Positions 11,018 to 21,363 of a stretch of DNA of 53,805 bases are shown here, in pieces. The notes beneath the pieces are model-generated. The model searched no databases. It was not told the DNA's origin and saw only the letters and a program-made list of their open reading frames with translations. The stretch spans positions 9,078 to 62,882 of the forward strand of contig JAPPFK010000081.1 in assembly GCA_028823885.1 (NCBI GenBank). Direction: 5' to 3'. This DNA is from Rhodospirillales bacterium (GTDB lineage: Bacteria > Pseudomonadota > Alphaproteobacteria > Rhodospirillales > UBA2165). Made by a program: the position numbers and the translations under genes. Numbering within the stretch: position 1 is the first letter of the stretch; every line of letters begins with the position of its first letter.

Positions 11018-11488
11018 ATGGATCATATCCACGCCACTGCGGTTTCCATCGATGGTCACGGCGTTCTGATTACCGGACCATCGGGTGCCGGAAAGTCGGA
11101 CCTCGCGCTGCGCCTGATCGACCGTGGCGCCAAGCTGGTCGCCGACGATCGGGTCGTGACCCGCGTGACTTCCGGCTCGGTGAGCCTGAGCGCACCGGGC
11201 AATCTCGCCGGTCTGCTGGAAGTTCACGGTATTGGAATTGTCAAACTGGATCATCAGGCCTGGGCGCCATTGAACCTCGTGGTCGAACTGATCGGCCGTG
11301 ATGCCGTCGAGCGGCTGCCTGAAGACCCGGCAACGGAAATCCTGGGACACCAGATCCCGCGCGTCCGCCTGCACGCCTTCGATGCCGCCGTGGCGGAAAA
11401 AGTCGAGTTGGCGGTCAGGATAGCCTCGGGCGCCGCCGACCGTCTCGACGAGCGGGCATTGCTTGCACCCTTGAAGGCGCGGCCGTGA
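11018..11488 (+). CDS. hprK: Short alphaproteobacterial HPr kinase/phosphorylase
   Basis: IHATAV, GVLITGPSGAGKSDLAL, LVADD, GLLEVHGIGI; follows chvG. Confidence 0.92.
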   Translation: MDHIHATAVSIDGHGVLITGPSGAGKSDLALRLIDRGAKLVADDRVVTRVTSGSVSLSAPGNLAGLLEVHGIGIVKLDHQAWAPLNLVVELIGRDAVERLPEDPATEILGHQIPRVRLHAFDAAVAEKVELAVRIASGAADRLDERALLAPLKARP

Positions 11489-12420
11489 CCGGGGCGCCGG
11501 CGAAACCCGCCTCGTCCGCCCGGTTGGTCCTGGTGACCGGAATGTCGGGTGCCGGGAAGACGTCCGTCCTGAAAGCCTTCGAGGATCTCGACTACGAAGC
11601 CGTCGACAATGTTCCGCTGCCGCTGCTGGGGAGCCTGGTTCTGTCGGCGCAGCCGGGGCTAACGGGCTCCGGTTTCGACCGGCCTATCGCGGTCGGCGTC
11701 GATATCCGGACGCGCGGGTTCGGCGTGGATGCCTTCCTGACCCAATTCGATGAACTGGCCGGCACGGGGTCCGTCGAAGTGGAAATCCTGTTTGTCGATT
11801 GTGACGACGAGGAACTCAGGCGCCGTTACGAGGTCACCCGGCATCGTCATCCGCTGGCCATGGACCGGCCGATTGCCGATGGTATCGCTCATGAAAGACG
11901 GGTCGTCTCGCGGCTTCGCGACCGGGCTCATCACGTCATCGATACCACCGGCATGGCGCCCGGTGAGCTCAAGCAATTGCTCGAGGCTCATTTTTCGCCG
12001 GGCGGCGACAGCGGCCTCAGTATTTTCGTGAGGTCGTTTTCCTATCGGCGGGGTTTGCCCCGGGATGCGGATCTCGTCTTCGACGTGCGGTTTCTCGCAA
12101 ACCCCCATTACGATCCCGAGCTGCGGCCGCAAAGCGGTCGGCACGAAGCCGTCGGGGCATACATCGCCGGGGATCCGGCGTTCGCGAGTTTCTGGGACGG
12201 ACTGACCAATCTGCTCCAGCCGCTCCTGCCATCCTACAAGGCGGAGGGAAAAAGCTATTTGACCATCGCGATAGGCTGCACGGGCGGCCGGCACCGCTCC
12301 GTCTACGTGGCCGAACGACTGAGCGGGTGGTTTGACAGCCTGGGCGAGAAGGTTCAGGTTCGCCATCGTGATCTGGGGCTGGCTGATCCACCGGTTCCGG
12401 CAAAAGAGGAATCCCGATGA
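11485..12420 (+). CDS. rapZ: RNase adapter / P-loop ATPase RapZ
   Basis: VTGMSGAGKT, VDNVP, TRHRHPL, DLVFDVRFLANPHY, IGCTGGRHRSV. Confidence 0.96.
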   Translation: MTGAPAKPASSARLVLVTGMSGAGKTSVLKAFEDLDYEAVDNVPLPLLGSLVLSAQPGLTGSGFDRPIAVGVDIRTRGFGVDAFLTQFDELAGTGSVEVEILFVDCDDEELRRRYEVTRHRHPLAMDRPIADGIAHERRVVSRLRDRAHHVIDTTGMAPGELKQLLEAHFSPGGDSGLSIFVRSFSYRRGLPRDADLVFDVRFLANPHYDPELRPQSGRHEAVGAYIAGDPAFASFWDGLTNLLQPLLPSYKAEGKSYLTIAIGCTGGRHRSVYVAERLSGWFDSLGEKVQVRHRDLGLADPPVPAKEESR

Positions 12421-12824
12421 TCGGATTGGTTTTGGTTACCCACGGCCATTTGGCTGACGAGCTCATCGGTGCGCTGGAGCACGTCGTCGGCCCTCAGCCG
12501 CAAGTCGCTTCGGTCTGCATAGGGCCGGACGATGACATGGAGCGGCGCCGCGCCGATATCGTGAACAGTGTTCAGGAGACGGACAGCGGGGAAGGCGTCG
12601 TTGTTCTCACCGACATGTTCGGCGGCACGCCGTCGAATTTGGCTATTTCCATCATGGAACGCGCAAACATCGAGGTGATCGCCGGGGTCAATCTGCCGAT
12701 GCTGGTCAAGCTCGCCAGCGTCCGGGACGATCTTGAACTCGGCGAGGCGGTGGCCAGGGCCCAGGAAGCGGGCCGGAAGTACATTAACGTTGCTTCCCAG
12801 TTGCTGGCCAAGGAGGCCGACTAG
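12417..12824 (+). CDS. manX: PTS EIIA component, mannose/fructose family
   Basis: MIGLVLVTHG (phospho-His), LTDMFGGTPSNLA, GVNLPML. Confidence 0.93.
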   Translation: MIGLVLVTHGHLADELIGALEHVVGPQPQVASVCIGPDDDMERRRADIVNSVQETDSGEGVVVLTDMFGGTPSNLAISIMERANIEVIAGVNLPMLVKLASVRDDLELGEAVARAQEAGRKYINVASQLLAKEAD

Positions 12825-12850
12825 CCCAATTCGGTAGGGTTCCAGCCGCC

Positions 12851-13123
12851 ATGCCCCGATCGATCCTCACCATTTGCAATTCGCGTGGTCTGCACGCCCG
12901 GGCAGCGGCGAAGTTCGTCAAACTGGTCTCGGGGTTTGATGCCGAGGTCACCGTGTCCAAGGACGGGACGACGGTTCTCGGCACGTCGATCATGGGCTTG
13001 ATGATGCTGGCGGCGGCGCCCGGCATGCGGATCGAGGTGACGGCCTCGGGCCCGGAGGGAGACCAGGCCATGGCCGCCATCACCGAATTGGTTGAGGCCG
13101 GGTTCGAAGAAGAGGACGGATGA
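12851..13123 (+). CDS. ptsH: Phosphocarrier protein HPr/NPr
   Basis: GLHARAAAKFV (His15 motif) and GTSIMGLMML (Ser46 motif). Confidence 0.95.
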   Translation: MPRSILTICNSRGLHARAAAKFVKLVSGFDAEVTVSKDGTTVLGTSIMGLMMLAAAPGMRIEVTASGPEGDQAMAAITELVEAGFEEEDG

Positions 13124-13278
13124 TCCTGGGCTGATCCGGGGCCGTCGAAACCGCCGTACCAACCCCTGCATCGGGCAGTGTGGGACGAGTGGGACGGAAG
13201 CAGGGTTATCCCTTGCTTGGCCAAATGGCTGCTGCTATCCCTGCCGCCCTTGATTTACGGACTCCCCGGAGAAGATGG

Positions 13279-14574
13279 ATGGGCGCCCCGAACGATTACA
13301 AAGTTGCCGACATGGACCTGGCCGAATGGGGCCGCAAGGAAATCGCCATCGCCGAGACGGAGATGCCCGGTCTGATGGCGGTCCGCGAGGAATATGCCGG
13401 CAAAAAGCCGTTGGCGGGCGCCCGCATCGCCGGATGTCTCCATATGACCATTCAGACGGCCGTGTTGATCGAGACGCTGATCGACCTCGGCGCGGAGATC
13501 CGCTGGAGTTCGTGCAACATCTTCTCCACCCAGGATCAGGCTGCCGCGGCCATCGCCGCCGAGAATATTCCGGTCTTCGCCTGGAAGGGGGAGACCGAGG
13601 AAGAGTTCTGGTGGTGTATCGATCAGACCATCGAGGGGCCCGATGGCTGGGTACCCAACATGATATTGGATGACGGCGGCGACCTCACGGCGGTCATGCA
13701 CGAGAGCCACAAGGACAAGATGGCCGGCGTCAAGGGACTGTCCGAGGAAACCACCACCGGCGTTCACCGCCTCTACGAGATGGCGAAGGAAGGCTCGTTG
13801 ATGGTGCCGGCCTTCAACGTCAACGATTCGGTGACCAAGTCGAAATTCGACAATCTCTACGGCTGCCGGGAGAGCCTGGTCGACGGTATCAAGCGGGCAA
13901 CCGATGTGATGCTGGCCGGCAAGGTCGCTGTGGTCGCCGGATACGGCGACGTGGGCAAGGGCTCGGCCGCCAGCCTTCGGGGCCAGGGCGCACGGGTTCT
14001 GGTGACCGAAATCGACCCCATCTGCGCTCTTCAGGCTTCGATGGAAGGCTATGAAGTGGTCACGATGGACGAGGCGGCGCCCCTCGGCGACGTCTTCGTG
14101 ACAACCACCGGCAACATCGACGTCATCACCCTCGACCACATGCGGGAGATGAAGGACCGGGCCATCGTTTCCAACATCGGTCACTTCGATTCCGAAATTC
14201 AGATCGAATCCTTGCGGAACTACAAGTGGCACAATGTGAAGCCCCAAGTGGATGAGGTGGAGTTTCCGGACGGCAAGCGGATCATCGTGCTGGCCGAGGG
14301 CCGGCTGGTGAATTTGGGCTGCGCCACCGGTCATCCGAGCTTCGTCATGAGCGCCAGCTTCACCAACCAGGTGCTGGCCCAGATCGAGCTTTGGAACAAC
14401 GCCGGCAAGTACGAGAACAAGGTCTATGTCCTGCCCAAGGACCTGGACGAGAAGGTGGCGCGCCTGCACCTCGGCAAGCTGGGGGCCAAACTCACCGAGC
14501 TCACGCCGGCGCAGGCCGAGTATATCGGCGTCCAACAGGCCGGGCCCTACAAGCCTGAATATTACCGCTATTAG
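13279..14574 (+). CDS. ahcY: Adenosylhomocysteinase (431 aa, short form without the catalytic-domain insert)
   Basis: [58 protein letters not shown]-terminal YRY. Confidence 0.99.
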   Translation: MGAPNDYKVADMDLAEWGRKEIAIAETEMPGLMAVREEYAGKKPLAGARIAGCLHMTIQTAVLIETLIDLGAEIRWSSCNIFSTQDQAAAAIAAENIPVFAWKGETEEEFWWCIDQTIEGPDGWVPNMILDDGGDLTAVMHESHKDKMAGVKGLSEETTTGVHRLYEMAKEGSLMVPAFNVNDSVTKSKFDNLYGCRESLVDGIKRATDVMLAGKVAVVAGYGDVGKGSAASLRGQGARVLVTEIDPICALQASMEGYEVVTMDEAAPLGDVFVTTTGNIDVITLDHMREMKDRAIVSNIGHFDSEIQIESLRNYKWHNVKPQVDEVEFPDGKRIIVLAEGRLVNLGCATGHPSFVMSASFTNQVLAQIELWNNAGKYENKVYVLPKDLDEKVARLHLGKLGAKLTELTPAQAEYIGVQQAGPYKPEYYRY

Positions 14575-14620
14575 CGCCCAACCTATTGCTGGCCGATGGG
14601 CCCCGGCCTAAGATTCGCCG

Positions 14621-16114
14621 GTGCCCACACTTCATGCGTCCGACCGCCATCCTGGGATCGATACCGCCCTCCTTGAGGCGTTGCCGCTCGCCGTTTGCCT
14701 GATCGCGCGCGATGGCCGGGTGGAGGCCTTCAATCCCGTATTCGCCGCCCTGTTCGATCTCGACACCGGGTGGCTGGACCGCCGGCCGACGTTCGGCGAT
14801 TTGCTGGATCGGATGCGAGCGGGCCGCAAACTGCCCGAACAGGTCGATTTCCAGGCCTATCGGGAGGCTCAATCACGGCTCCTGACCGGACTACGGGACG
14901 TCCACGAAGAAGTGTTCCATCTGCCGGACGGTGCGGCGCTCCGGCGAATCGCGGCGCCTCTCAAAGAGGGAACGGTGATGCTGGCCTTCGAGGATCTCAG
15001 CCCGCGCATGTCGGCCGAGCGGCAGGCGCGCGAGGCGCAGGCGGTACAGCAGTCCACGCTCGACAATCTATCCGAGGCCATCGGCGTTTTCGGCGGCGAC
15101 GGAAGGCTTCGATTGGCCAACCCGGCATTTGCCGAGATGTGGGAGGTCCCTGACGAGCTCCCGAAGCTGCATTTGAGCGACTTCGTTCGTCAGACCCGTT
15201 GCCTGCACGGGCCGTCGGAGGATTGGGACGCCGAGTCCGCACGGCTGGCGGCTCACTACTTCGCACGCAACTCGGAGACATCGGAGCTTCGCCATGAAGA
15301 CGGGCGGGTTTTCGAATTCGTCCGCCGCCCGCTCCCCGACGGGTCGATGCTGTTTCGATATACCGATGTCACCCGGACCGTCCGGGAAGGCGAGGCCCTT
15401 CAGACCAAGGCCGAGTCGGTGATGGCCCTCGACCGGCTCAAGACCGAGTTTCTCGCCAATCTGTCTTTCGAACTCAGGACGCCCCTCAACACGGTCAAGG
15501 GATTCGCCGAGCTTCTTGGCGGCGGTTATGTCGGAGAACTGAACCGCCGCCAGCAGGAGTATGCGGAGGGGATCGCCTCGACGGCCGCGGCCATGGCGTC
15601 GACCATCGACCAAGTGATGGATCTGGCGAATCTCGAGGCCGGACTGCTCAGTCTCGATCTCGAAAGTCTCGATCTCCACGTCCTGTTGACCGACCTGTTG
15701 AGCCTGGTCCGGGAACGTGCCCGGTCGGACAGGATTCGGCTGGCGTTCGATTGTCCGCCCGAGATCGGATGGATCACCGCCGACGACCGCATTTTGCGCC
15801 AGGCACTCCTCCATTTGTTGAGTAATGCGCTGGCATTTACCGAGCCCGGCGGGACGGTAACGCTTGGTGCGGCGCGCGGCCAGGACGAGATCGAGATATT
15901 CGTCAAGGACACGGGGGTCGGCATTCCACGGTCCGAAATCGATTTGGTTTTCAAAGGCTTCGCCCGGGGCGCGGATGCCGGCCACGAAGGCGTCGGCCTC
16001 GGCCTCACTCTGGTCAAAAGCTTCATCGAGCTTCATGGCGGCACCGTCAATCTGGCCTCGCGCCTCAATCGGGGCACCACCGTCACCTGCCGTATCCCGC
16101 AAAGTCACGCTTAG
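14621..16114 (+). CDS. divL: DivL-like PAS-domain pseudo-histidine kinase (H-box His replaced by Phe)
   Basis: Two PAS-like repeats (GRKLPEQVDF; LPDGSML), H-box NLSFELRTPLNT, HATPase (DTGVGI, GVGLGL). Sits in the ahcY-divL-tsaE position known from Rhizobiales. Confidence 0.75.
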   Translation: MPTLHASDRHPGIDTALLEALPLAVCLIARDGRVEAFNPVFAALFDLDTGWLDRRPTFGDLLDRMRAGRKLPEQVDFQAYREAQSRLLTGLRDVHEEVFHLPDGAALRRIAAPLKEGTVMLAFEDLSPRMSAERQAREAQAVQQSTLDNLSEAIGVFGGDGRLRLANPAFAEMWEVPDELPKLHLSDFVRQTRCLHGPSEDWDAESARLAAHYFARNSETSELRHEDGRVFEFVRRPLPDGSMLFRYTDVTRTVREGEALQTKAESVMALDRLKTEFLANLSFELRTPLNTVKGFAELLGGGYVGELNRRQQEYAEGIASTAAAMASTIDQVMDLANLEAGLLSLDLESLDLHVLLTDLLSLVRERARSDRIRLAFDCPPEIGWITADDRILRQALLHLLSNALAFTEPGGTVTLGAARGQDEIEIFVKDTGVGIPRSEIDLVFKGFARGADAGHEGVGLGLTLVKSFIELHGGTVNLASRLNRGTTVTCRIPQSHA

Positions 16115-16162
16115 TACAGCAATCCGCTTTCGCTTCAATCGCCGCCCCTTTAAAAGAGTGCC

Positions 16163-16639
16163 ATGAGCATGCCCAAGCCGCGCCGGCTGACCTTGGATGG
16201 AGAGCAAGCGACAGCCGAATTGGCCGCTGAAATCGCCTCGCTCGCCGAGGATGGCGACGTCATTGCGCTCTCCGGCGAGCTCGGAACCGGCAAGACCACG
16301 TTTGCCCGGGCGTTCCTCAGGGAGTGGGGCGTCCAGGAGGAAATTCCCAGCCCCACCTTCACGTTGGTTCAGACCTACGAACTCGAGGCGGGAACCGTCT
16401 GGCACTTCGACCTTTACCGCCTGGAAAAACCCGACGACGCACTGGAGCTGGATATCGAAGATGCGTTTACCGAAGGCATTTCGCTCATCGAATGGCCGGA
16501 GAGGTTGGGCGCCTACCTCCCTTGGGAGCGGCTCGACTTGCATTTCGTGATCGGCGAGCGGGAGGATGTGCGGAGGGTCGAAATCGAAGGGACCGACGAA
16601 TGGGTGGACCGGCTGAAGGAACTCGAAGGCCTTGGCTGA
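16163..16639 (+). CDS. tsaE: tRNA threonylcarbamoyladenosine biosynthesis ATPase
   Basis: LSGELGTGKTTFAR, SPTFTLVQTY, HFDLYRL, LIEWPE. Confidence 0.97.
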   Translation: MSMPKPRRLTLDGEQATAELAAEIASLAEDGDVIALSGELGTGKTTFARAFLREWGVQEEIPSPTFTLVQTYELEAGTVWHFDLYRLEKPDDALELDIEDAFTEGISLIEWPERLGAYLPWERLDLHFVIGEREDVRRVEIEGTDEWVDRLKELEGLG

Positions 16640-17645
16640 CCGGTCGGACCATATCGATTCGTTCATCGAATCGGCCGGTTGGCGGGACGCACGGCGCATA
16701 CCGCTTGCCGGTGATGCGTCTTTCCGGCGCTATGAACGGATTGCCGTGGGCGGCGAGACGGCCGTGATCATGGATGCGCCGCCGCCCCGGGAAGACGTGC
16801 GGCCGTTTGTCCATATGACCGGTCATCTGCTCGGCCTGGGTTACAGCGCGCCGAGGATATACGCCGAGGACCGGGAGATGGGATTGCTTCTCCTCGAGGA
16901 CCTTGGCGACGATCTCTACACGGCGGCCGTTGCCCAGGGCGCCGGCGAGCGGGAACTCTATGAGCGGGCCGTCGATCTGCTGATAGATCTGCACAGCCGG
17001 CAATCCGCGGTTGCCGTACCCGATGGCCTGGCCGAATACGATGAGGAAATGCTTCTCGACGAAGCGGCGCTGTTCACCGACTGGTATATGCCCAAAACGC
17101 TTCACGCACCGACCCCGCCCCGGACCCGAACGGCGTTCCTGGATATTTGGCGGCGATACCTGCCGATGCTCGAAGAAGTGCCGGAGACCCTTACCCTCAG
17201 GGATTACCACGCCGACAACCTCATTTGGCTTTCCGGGCGCGATGGGATCGCCGCCGTCGGGTTGCTGGACTATCAGGATGCGGTGGTCGGCCGCACGCCC
17301 TACGATCTCATGTCCTTGCTCGAGGATGCTCGCCGCGACCTGGAGCCGGGCCTCGCCGGACTCATGCTCGACCGCTACCTCGGCGCATTCCCCGATCAGG
17401 ATCGGCGGACATTCGAGGCGGTCTACGCAATTCTTGCCGCCCAAAGGCACTGCAAGGTCATCGGCATTTTCACCCGGCTCGCCTTTCGGGACGGCAAATT
17501 TGCCTACCTCCGGCACATCCCGCGGGTTTGGCGGCTCCTGACGGATGCTTGCCGCCATCCCGTTCTGGGCCCGCTCCAGGACTGGCTGGATGCGGCGGTT
17601 CCGCGCTCCTCGCGGACGGTTCCCGCGCAGCGAAGGCAGGCCTGA
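16632..17645 (+). CDS. amgK: Anomeric MurNAc/GlcNAc kinase (APH-family phosphotransferase)
   Basis: LAGDASFRRYER, MDAPP, LEDLGD, LRDYHADNL, LDYQDA, YDLMSLLED; adjacent to murU. Confidence 0.88.
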   Translation: MADRSDHIDSFIESAGWRDARRIPLAGDASFRRYERIAVGGETAVIMDAPPPREDVRPFVHMTGHLLGLGYSAPRIYAEDREMGLLLLEDLGDDLYTAAVAQGAGERELYERAVDLLIDLHSRQSAVAVPDGLAEYDEEMLLDEAALFTDWYMPKTLHAPTPPRTRTAFLDIWRRYLPMLEEVPETLTLRDYHADNLIWLSGRDGIAAVGLLDYQDAVVGRTPYDLMSLLEDARRDLEPGLAGLMLDRYLGAFPDQDRRTFEAVYAILAAQRHCKVIGIFTRLAFRDGKFAYLRHIPRVWRLLTDACRHPVLGPLQDWLDAAVPRSSRTVPAQRRQA

Positions 17646-17647
17646 AT

Positions 17648-18394
17648 ATGGCTGAAGCCGGTCGGCATTCACTTCGCGCCGCGATGCTGCTCGCCGCGGG
17701 GCTGGGTCTGCGCATGCGTCCGATTACCGAGAAGACGCCGAAGCCGCTGGTTCAGGTGGCGGGACGCACGCTGATCGATATGTGCCTGGACCGCGTGGCC
17801 GCATCGGGCATCGGGAAGGCGGTGGTGAATACCCACTATCTCGCCGGTCAGGTCGAAGCCCATTTGAAGCGCCGGCCGGATCTGGACATAGTCATATCCC
17901 ACGAGCCGGAGCTATTGGGCACCGGCGGCGGGGTCGCCAATGCCTTGCCGCACCTCGGAGACGAGCCTTTTCTGGTTGTGAACACCGATTCGCTCTGGCT
18001 TGATGGCCCTTCCCCGGCAATCGAACGGCTGGCGCTGAATTTCGACGAATCGATGATGGATGCCCTGTTGCTCATGCACTCGACCGTCGAAGCCTACGGT
18101 TATGAAGGGGCCGGTGATTTCGTTATCGATGCGGGCGGACTCCTCAGCCGCCGGCCTGAACGAGAGCAGGTCCCTTATGCCTACACGGGTGTGATGGTCG
18201 TGCATCCGCGGCTGCTTGCCGGCGCCCCCGGCGGCGCGTTTTCTTTCAACCTGCTCTATGACCGGGCGATCGAGGCCGAACGGCTATACGGTATCGTCCA
18301 CGATGGGGAATGGTTCCACGTCGGGACGACCGACGGCCTGGATCAGGTCGAAGACTATATGTCCGAGCGTTTCCCCGGCATCCGGCACCGATGA
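17648..18394 (+). CDS. murU: MurNAc-alpha-1-phosphate uridylyltransferase (nucleotidyltransferase)
   Basis: AMLLAAGLGLRMRPIT..PKPL, VVNTHY, LGTGGG, WFHVGT; start ATG 17648. Confidence 0.88.
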   Translation: MAEAGRHSLRAAMLLAAGLGLRMRPITEKTPKPLVQVAGRTLIDMCLDRVAASGIGKAVVNTHYLAGQVEAHLKRRPDLDIVISHEPELLGTGGGVANALPHLGDEPFLVVNTDSLWLDGPSPAIERLALNFDESMMDALLLMHSTVEAYGYEGAGDFVIDAGGLLSRRPEREQVPYAYTGVMVVHPRLLAGAPGGAFSFNLLYDRAIEAERLYGIVHDGEWFHVGTTDGLDQVEDYMSERFPGIRHR

Positions 18395-21363
18395 CGGAGA
18401 GTCCGCGGACCTCCTCGATTTATTCCATCCCGCCGGGGGTGCCGTTCGTCGACGCGCTCGCCGCCGGGATTCTGAAGGAGACCGGCGGCGATGCCGGGTT
18501 GCTGGCCGGATACCGGATATTCCTACCGACGCGGCGCGCCGTCCGCAGCTTGCGGGATGCGTTCCTGCGCCAATCCGAGGGGGCGGCACTGCTCCTTCCC
18601 CGGCTATTGCCGCTTGGCGATCTCGACGAAGATGCGCTGGCGATCGCCGGCTGGGAAGAAATCCCGGGCGCCGGCGCCGGGACGATTCCGCCCGCGATCT
18701 CGGGAATCCGCCGTCATCTGATCCTTACCCGCCTCGTCCAGCAGTTCGAAGGGGGAAAGGTCACGCCGGATCAGGCCGCGCGTCTGGCCCGGGAACTGGC
18801 CCGGCTGATCGATCAAATTCAGACCGAACGGCTTTCGTATGACGGCCTCGCCGGTTTGGTGCCCGAGGAGTTTGCGGCGCATTGGCAGGAGACGCTGAAA
18901 TTCCTGCAAATCGTCACCGATCAATGGCCCGAAATTCTCGCCGGGGAAAACGCCATCGATCCGGCCGAGCGCCGCAATAGACTGCTTGCAGCCCAGGCCG
19001 ATCGGTGGAGGCAAAGCCCGACCGGTCAGCCTGTTATTGCCGCGGGTTCGACGGGTTCGGTGCCGGCGACGGCCGACCTTCTGGGGGCGATCGCGGATCT
19101 GCCGAACGGCCGGGTTGTCCTTCCTGGACTGGACCTGTCTTTGGACGACGACGCGATCCAGGTTCTCGACGATGTGCATCCCCAGTCGGGAATGGTCCGG
19201 CTTCTGGGCCGCCTTGATGTTGAAATATCCGACGTAAAGATTTGGCCCGCGGATGCGGATGGCGCGGGGCGGAAAGCCGGGGAGCAGCGCCGCTCGCGGG
19301 CCCGGCTCGTGTCCCGGGCTCTGTTGCCGGCGCCGCTGACCGACCGGTGGCATGTGGATGAGGAGGCGCCGGCCGCGGCCCTCGGCGGCCTATCCCGGGC
19401 CGAGTTCGGCGACCCCGAGGAGGAGGCCCGGGCGATCGCCCTGATGATGCGGGGCGCGATCGAGGTCAAGGACAGGACCGCCGCCTTGGTGACACCCGAC
19501 CGGCAGCTCGCCCGCCGGGTTGCCGGAGAATTACGCCGGTGGAAAATCGAAATCGACGACTCGGCGGGGCTCCCCCTGAACCGGACCGCCGCAGGCGCGT
19601 TCCTGAGCCTGATCGTTCAAGCGGTCGCCGAGGCGTTCGCGCCGGTACCTCTGTTGGCATTGTTGAAGCATCCGCTTGCGGCGAATGGCGCCGATCCCGC
19701 GGCCTTTCGTCGCCACGCCCGAATCCTGGAACGGCACTGTCTCCGGGGCGCCCGGCCGGCGCCGGGGCTGGAGCCGCTGGTTAAGGGGCTGGGCGGTAAG
19801 CATCCGGAGACCGCGGACTGGATCGGAAAATTTCATGCTTCAGTCACCGGGTTGGCCGCGCTCCATGAACTTCCCGCCGTTCCGCCCTCGCGGCTCATCG
19901 AGGCTCACGTTTCGGCGGCCGAAGCGTTGGCCGCGACCGATGAACTGTCCGGCGCGGAGCGTCTTTGGTCCGGCGAGGAGGGCGAAGCCGCCGCCGGTTT
20001 CATTTCGGAATTGTCAGCCGCGATCGACATGCTGGAAGATATCGCGCCCGGCGATTACCCGTCTCTCTTCGCCACCTTGATGGAGGGGGTCGTCGTTCGA
20101 TCGCAATGGGGCACCCACCCACGCCTGTTCATCTGGGGTTTGCTGGAGGCGCGGCTGCAGCACGCGGATCTAATGATATTGGGCGGGCTCAACGAGGGTA
20201 CCTGGCCCCCGGAAGCGGAAGCCGACCCCTGGATGAGCCGGCCGATGCGGGCGGCGTTCGGGTTGCCCTCGCCCGAGAGACGGGTTGGCCTGACGGCCCA
20301 CGATTTCGTTCAGGCCTGCGGCGCACCCGAGGTCGTGCTGACGCGTGCGGCGAGGATCGACGGCACGCCGGCCGTTCCGTCCCGCTGGCTGCTCCGGCTG
20401 GACGCGATGCTGGCGCGGCATGGCGCGTCCGCGAACCGGCTTGTCGTGCACGATTGGAACCATTGGCAGTCGATGCTCGACCACCCGGCTGAACCGGACC
20501 CGATCGTGCGCCCGGCGCCCAGTCCCCCGGTGTCGGCGCGCCCGCGCCGGCTTTCGGTAACCCAGGTGGAGACCTGGATGCGCGATCCCTACGCCATTTA
20601 CGCGCGCCATGTGTTGGGCTTGTCGGCCTTGGACCCGATCGAGATGCCGCCCAGCGCCGCGGAATACGGAACCATCATCCATGAGGCCCTGAGCGCCTTC
20701 GTTCAAAAATACCCCGGAGACCTGCCCCGCGATCCCAAGGCGGAATTGCTGGCGATAGGCCGGGAGGAATTCGCCGATCGTATGCAGATGCCGGGCGTGT
20801 GGGCGTTCTGGTGGCCGAGGTTCGAGCGCATCGCGGACTGGTTTGTCGCCGAGGAGGAGCAGCGCCGCAAGGCGATTACCGGCTCCCACAGCGAGGTCGA
20901 AGGCCGGACTGAATTGGATGGTCCGGCGGGCCCCTTTTTGCTGACGGCCAAGGCCGATCGAATCGATATTCTGGATGACGGTTCCCTCTCGATCGTGGAC
21001 TACAAGACGGGCTCGTTGCCGGCCGTCAACGAAGTCGCGGCCGGGTTTTCGCCGCAATTGCCGCTGGAAGCGGTGATCGCGGAAAGCGGCGGTTTCGAGG
21101 GCATCGAAGCCGGGAAGGTCTCGGCGCTCGACTATTGGCGTCTTCGAGGGACGGTGCCCGCGGGCGAGATACGAAGCGCCGAGGATCCCGGCCGGCTGGC
21201 CGACGAGGCGCGCGAAGGTCTTTCCGGCTTGATCTCGGTTTTCGACCGGAACGAGACGGTCTACGAAGCCCGGCCCCGGCCCGAAAAGGCTCCGAAATAC
21301 TCGGACTATGAGCACCTCGCCCGGGTCAAGGAGTGGGCGGCGGCGGATGGGGGAGAGTCGTGA
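18391..21363 (+). CDS. addB: Double-strand break repair protein AddB
   Basis: FLPTRRA, AGSTGS.PATA, ALVTPDR.LARRV, GGLNEGTWP, RDPYAIYA, nuclease KADRID..IVDYKTG. Confidence 0.97.
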   Translation: MTESPRTSSIYSIPPGVPFVDALAAGILKETGGDAGLLAGYRIFLPTRRAVRSLRDAFLRQSEGAALLLPRLLPLGDLDEDALAIAGWEEIPGAGAGTIPPAISGIRRHLILTRLVQQFEGGKVTPDQAARLARELARLIDQIQTERLSYDGLAGLVPEEFAAHWQETLKFLQIVTDQWPEILAGENAIDPAERRNRLLAAQADRWRQSPTGQPVIAAGSTGSVPATADLLGAIADLPNGRVVLPGLDLSLDDDAIQVLDDVHPQSGMVRLLGRLDVEISDVKIWPADADGAGRKAGEQRRSRARLVSRALLPAPLTDRWHVDEEAPAAALGGLSRAEFGDPEEEARAIALMMRGAIEVKDRTAALVTPDRQLARRVAGELRRWKIEIDDSAGLPLNRTAAGAFLSLIVQAVAEAFAPVPLLALLKHPLAANGADPAAFRRHARILERHCLRGARPAPGLEPLVKGLGGKHPETADWIGKFHASVTGLAALHELPAVPPSRLIEAHVSAAEALAATDELSGAERLWSGEEGEAAAGFISELSAAIDMLEDIAPGDYPSLFATLMEGVVVRSQWGTHPRLFIWGLLEARLQHADLMILGGLNEGTWPPEAEADPWMSRPMRAAFGLPSPERRVGLTAHDFVQACGAPEVVLTRAARIDGTPAVPSRWLLRLDAMLARHGASANRLVVHDWNHWQSMLDHPAEPDPIVRPAPSPPVSARPRRLSVTQVETWMRDPYAIYARHVLGLSALDPIEMPPSAAEYGTIIHEALSAFVQKYPGDLPRDPKAELLAIGREEFADRMQMPGVWAFWWPRFERIADWFVAEEEQRRKAITGSHSEVEGRTELDGPAGPFLLTAKADRIDILDDGSLSIVDYKTGSLPAVNEVAAGFSPQLPLEAVIAESGGFEGIEAGKVSALDYWRLRGTVPAGEIRSAEDPGRLADEAREGLSGLISVFDRNETVYEARPRPEKAPKYSDYEHLARVKEWAAADGGES

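Noticed and set aside
13124-13278. Possible SAH/SAM riboswitch upstream of ahcY
   Set aside because: I could not find the conserved riboswitch cores; only a plausible promoter is visible. An Rfam scan would settle it.
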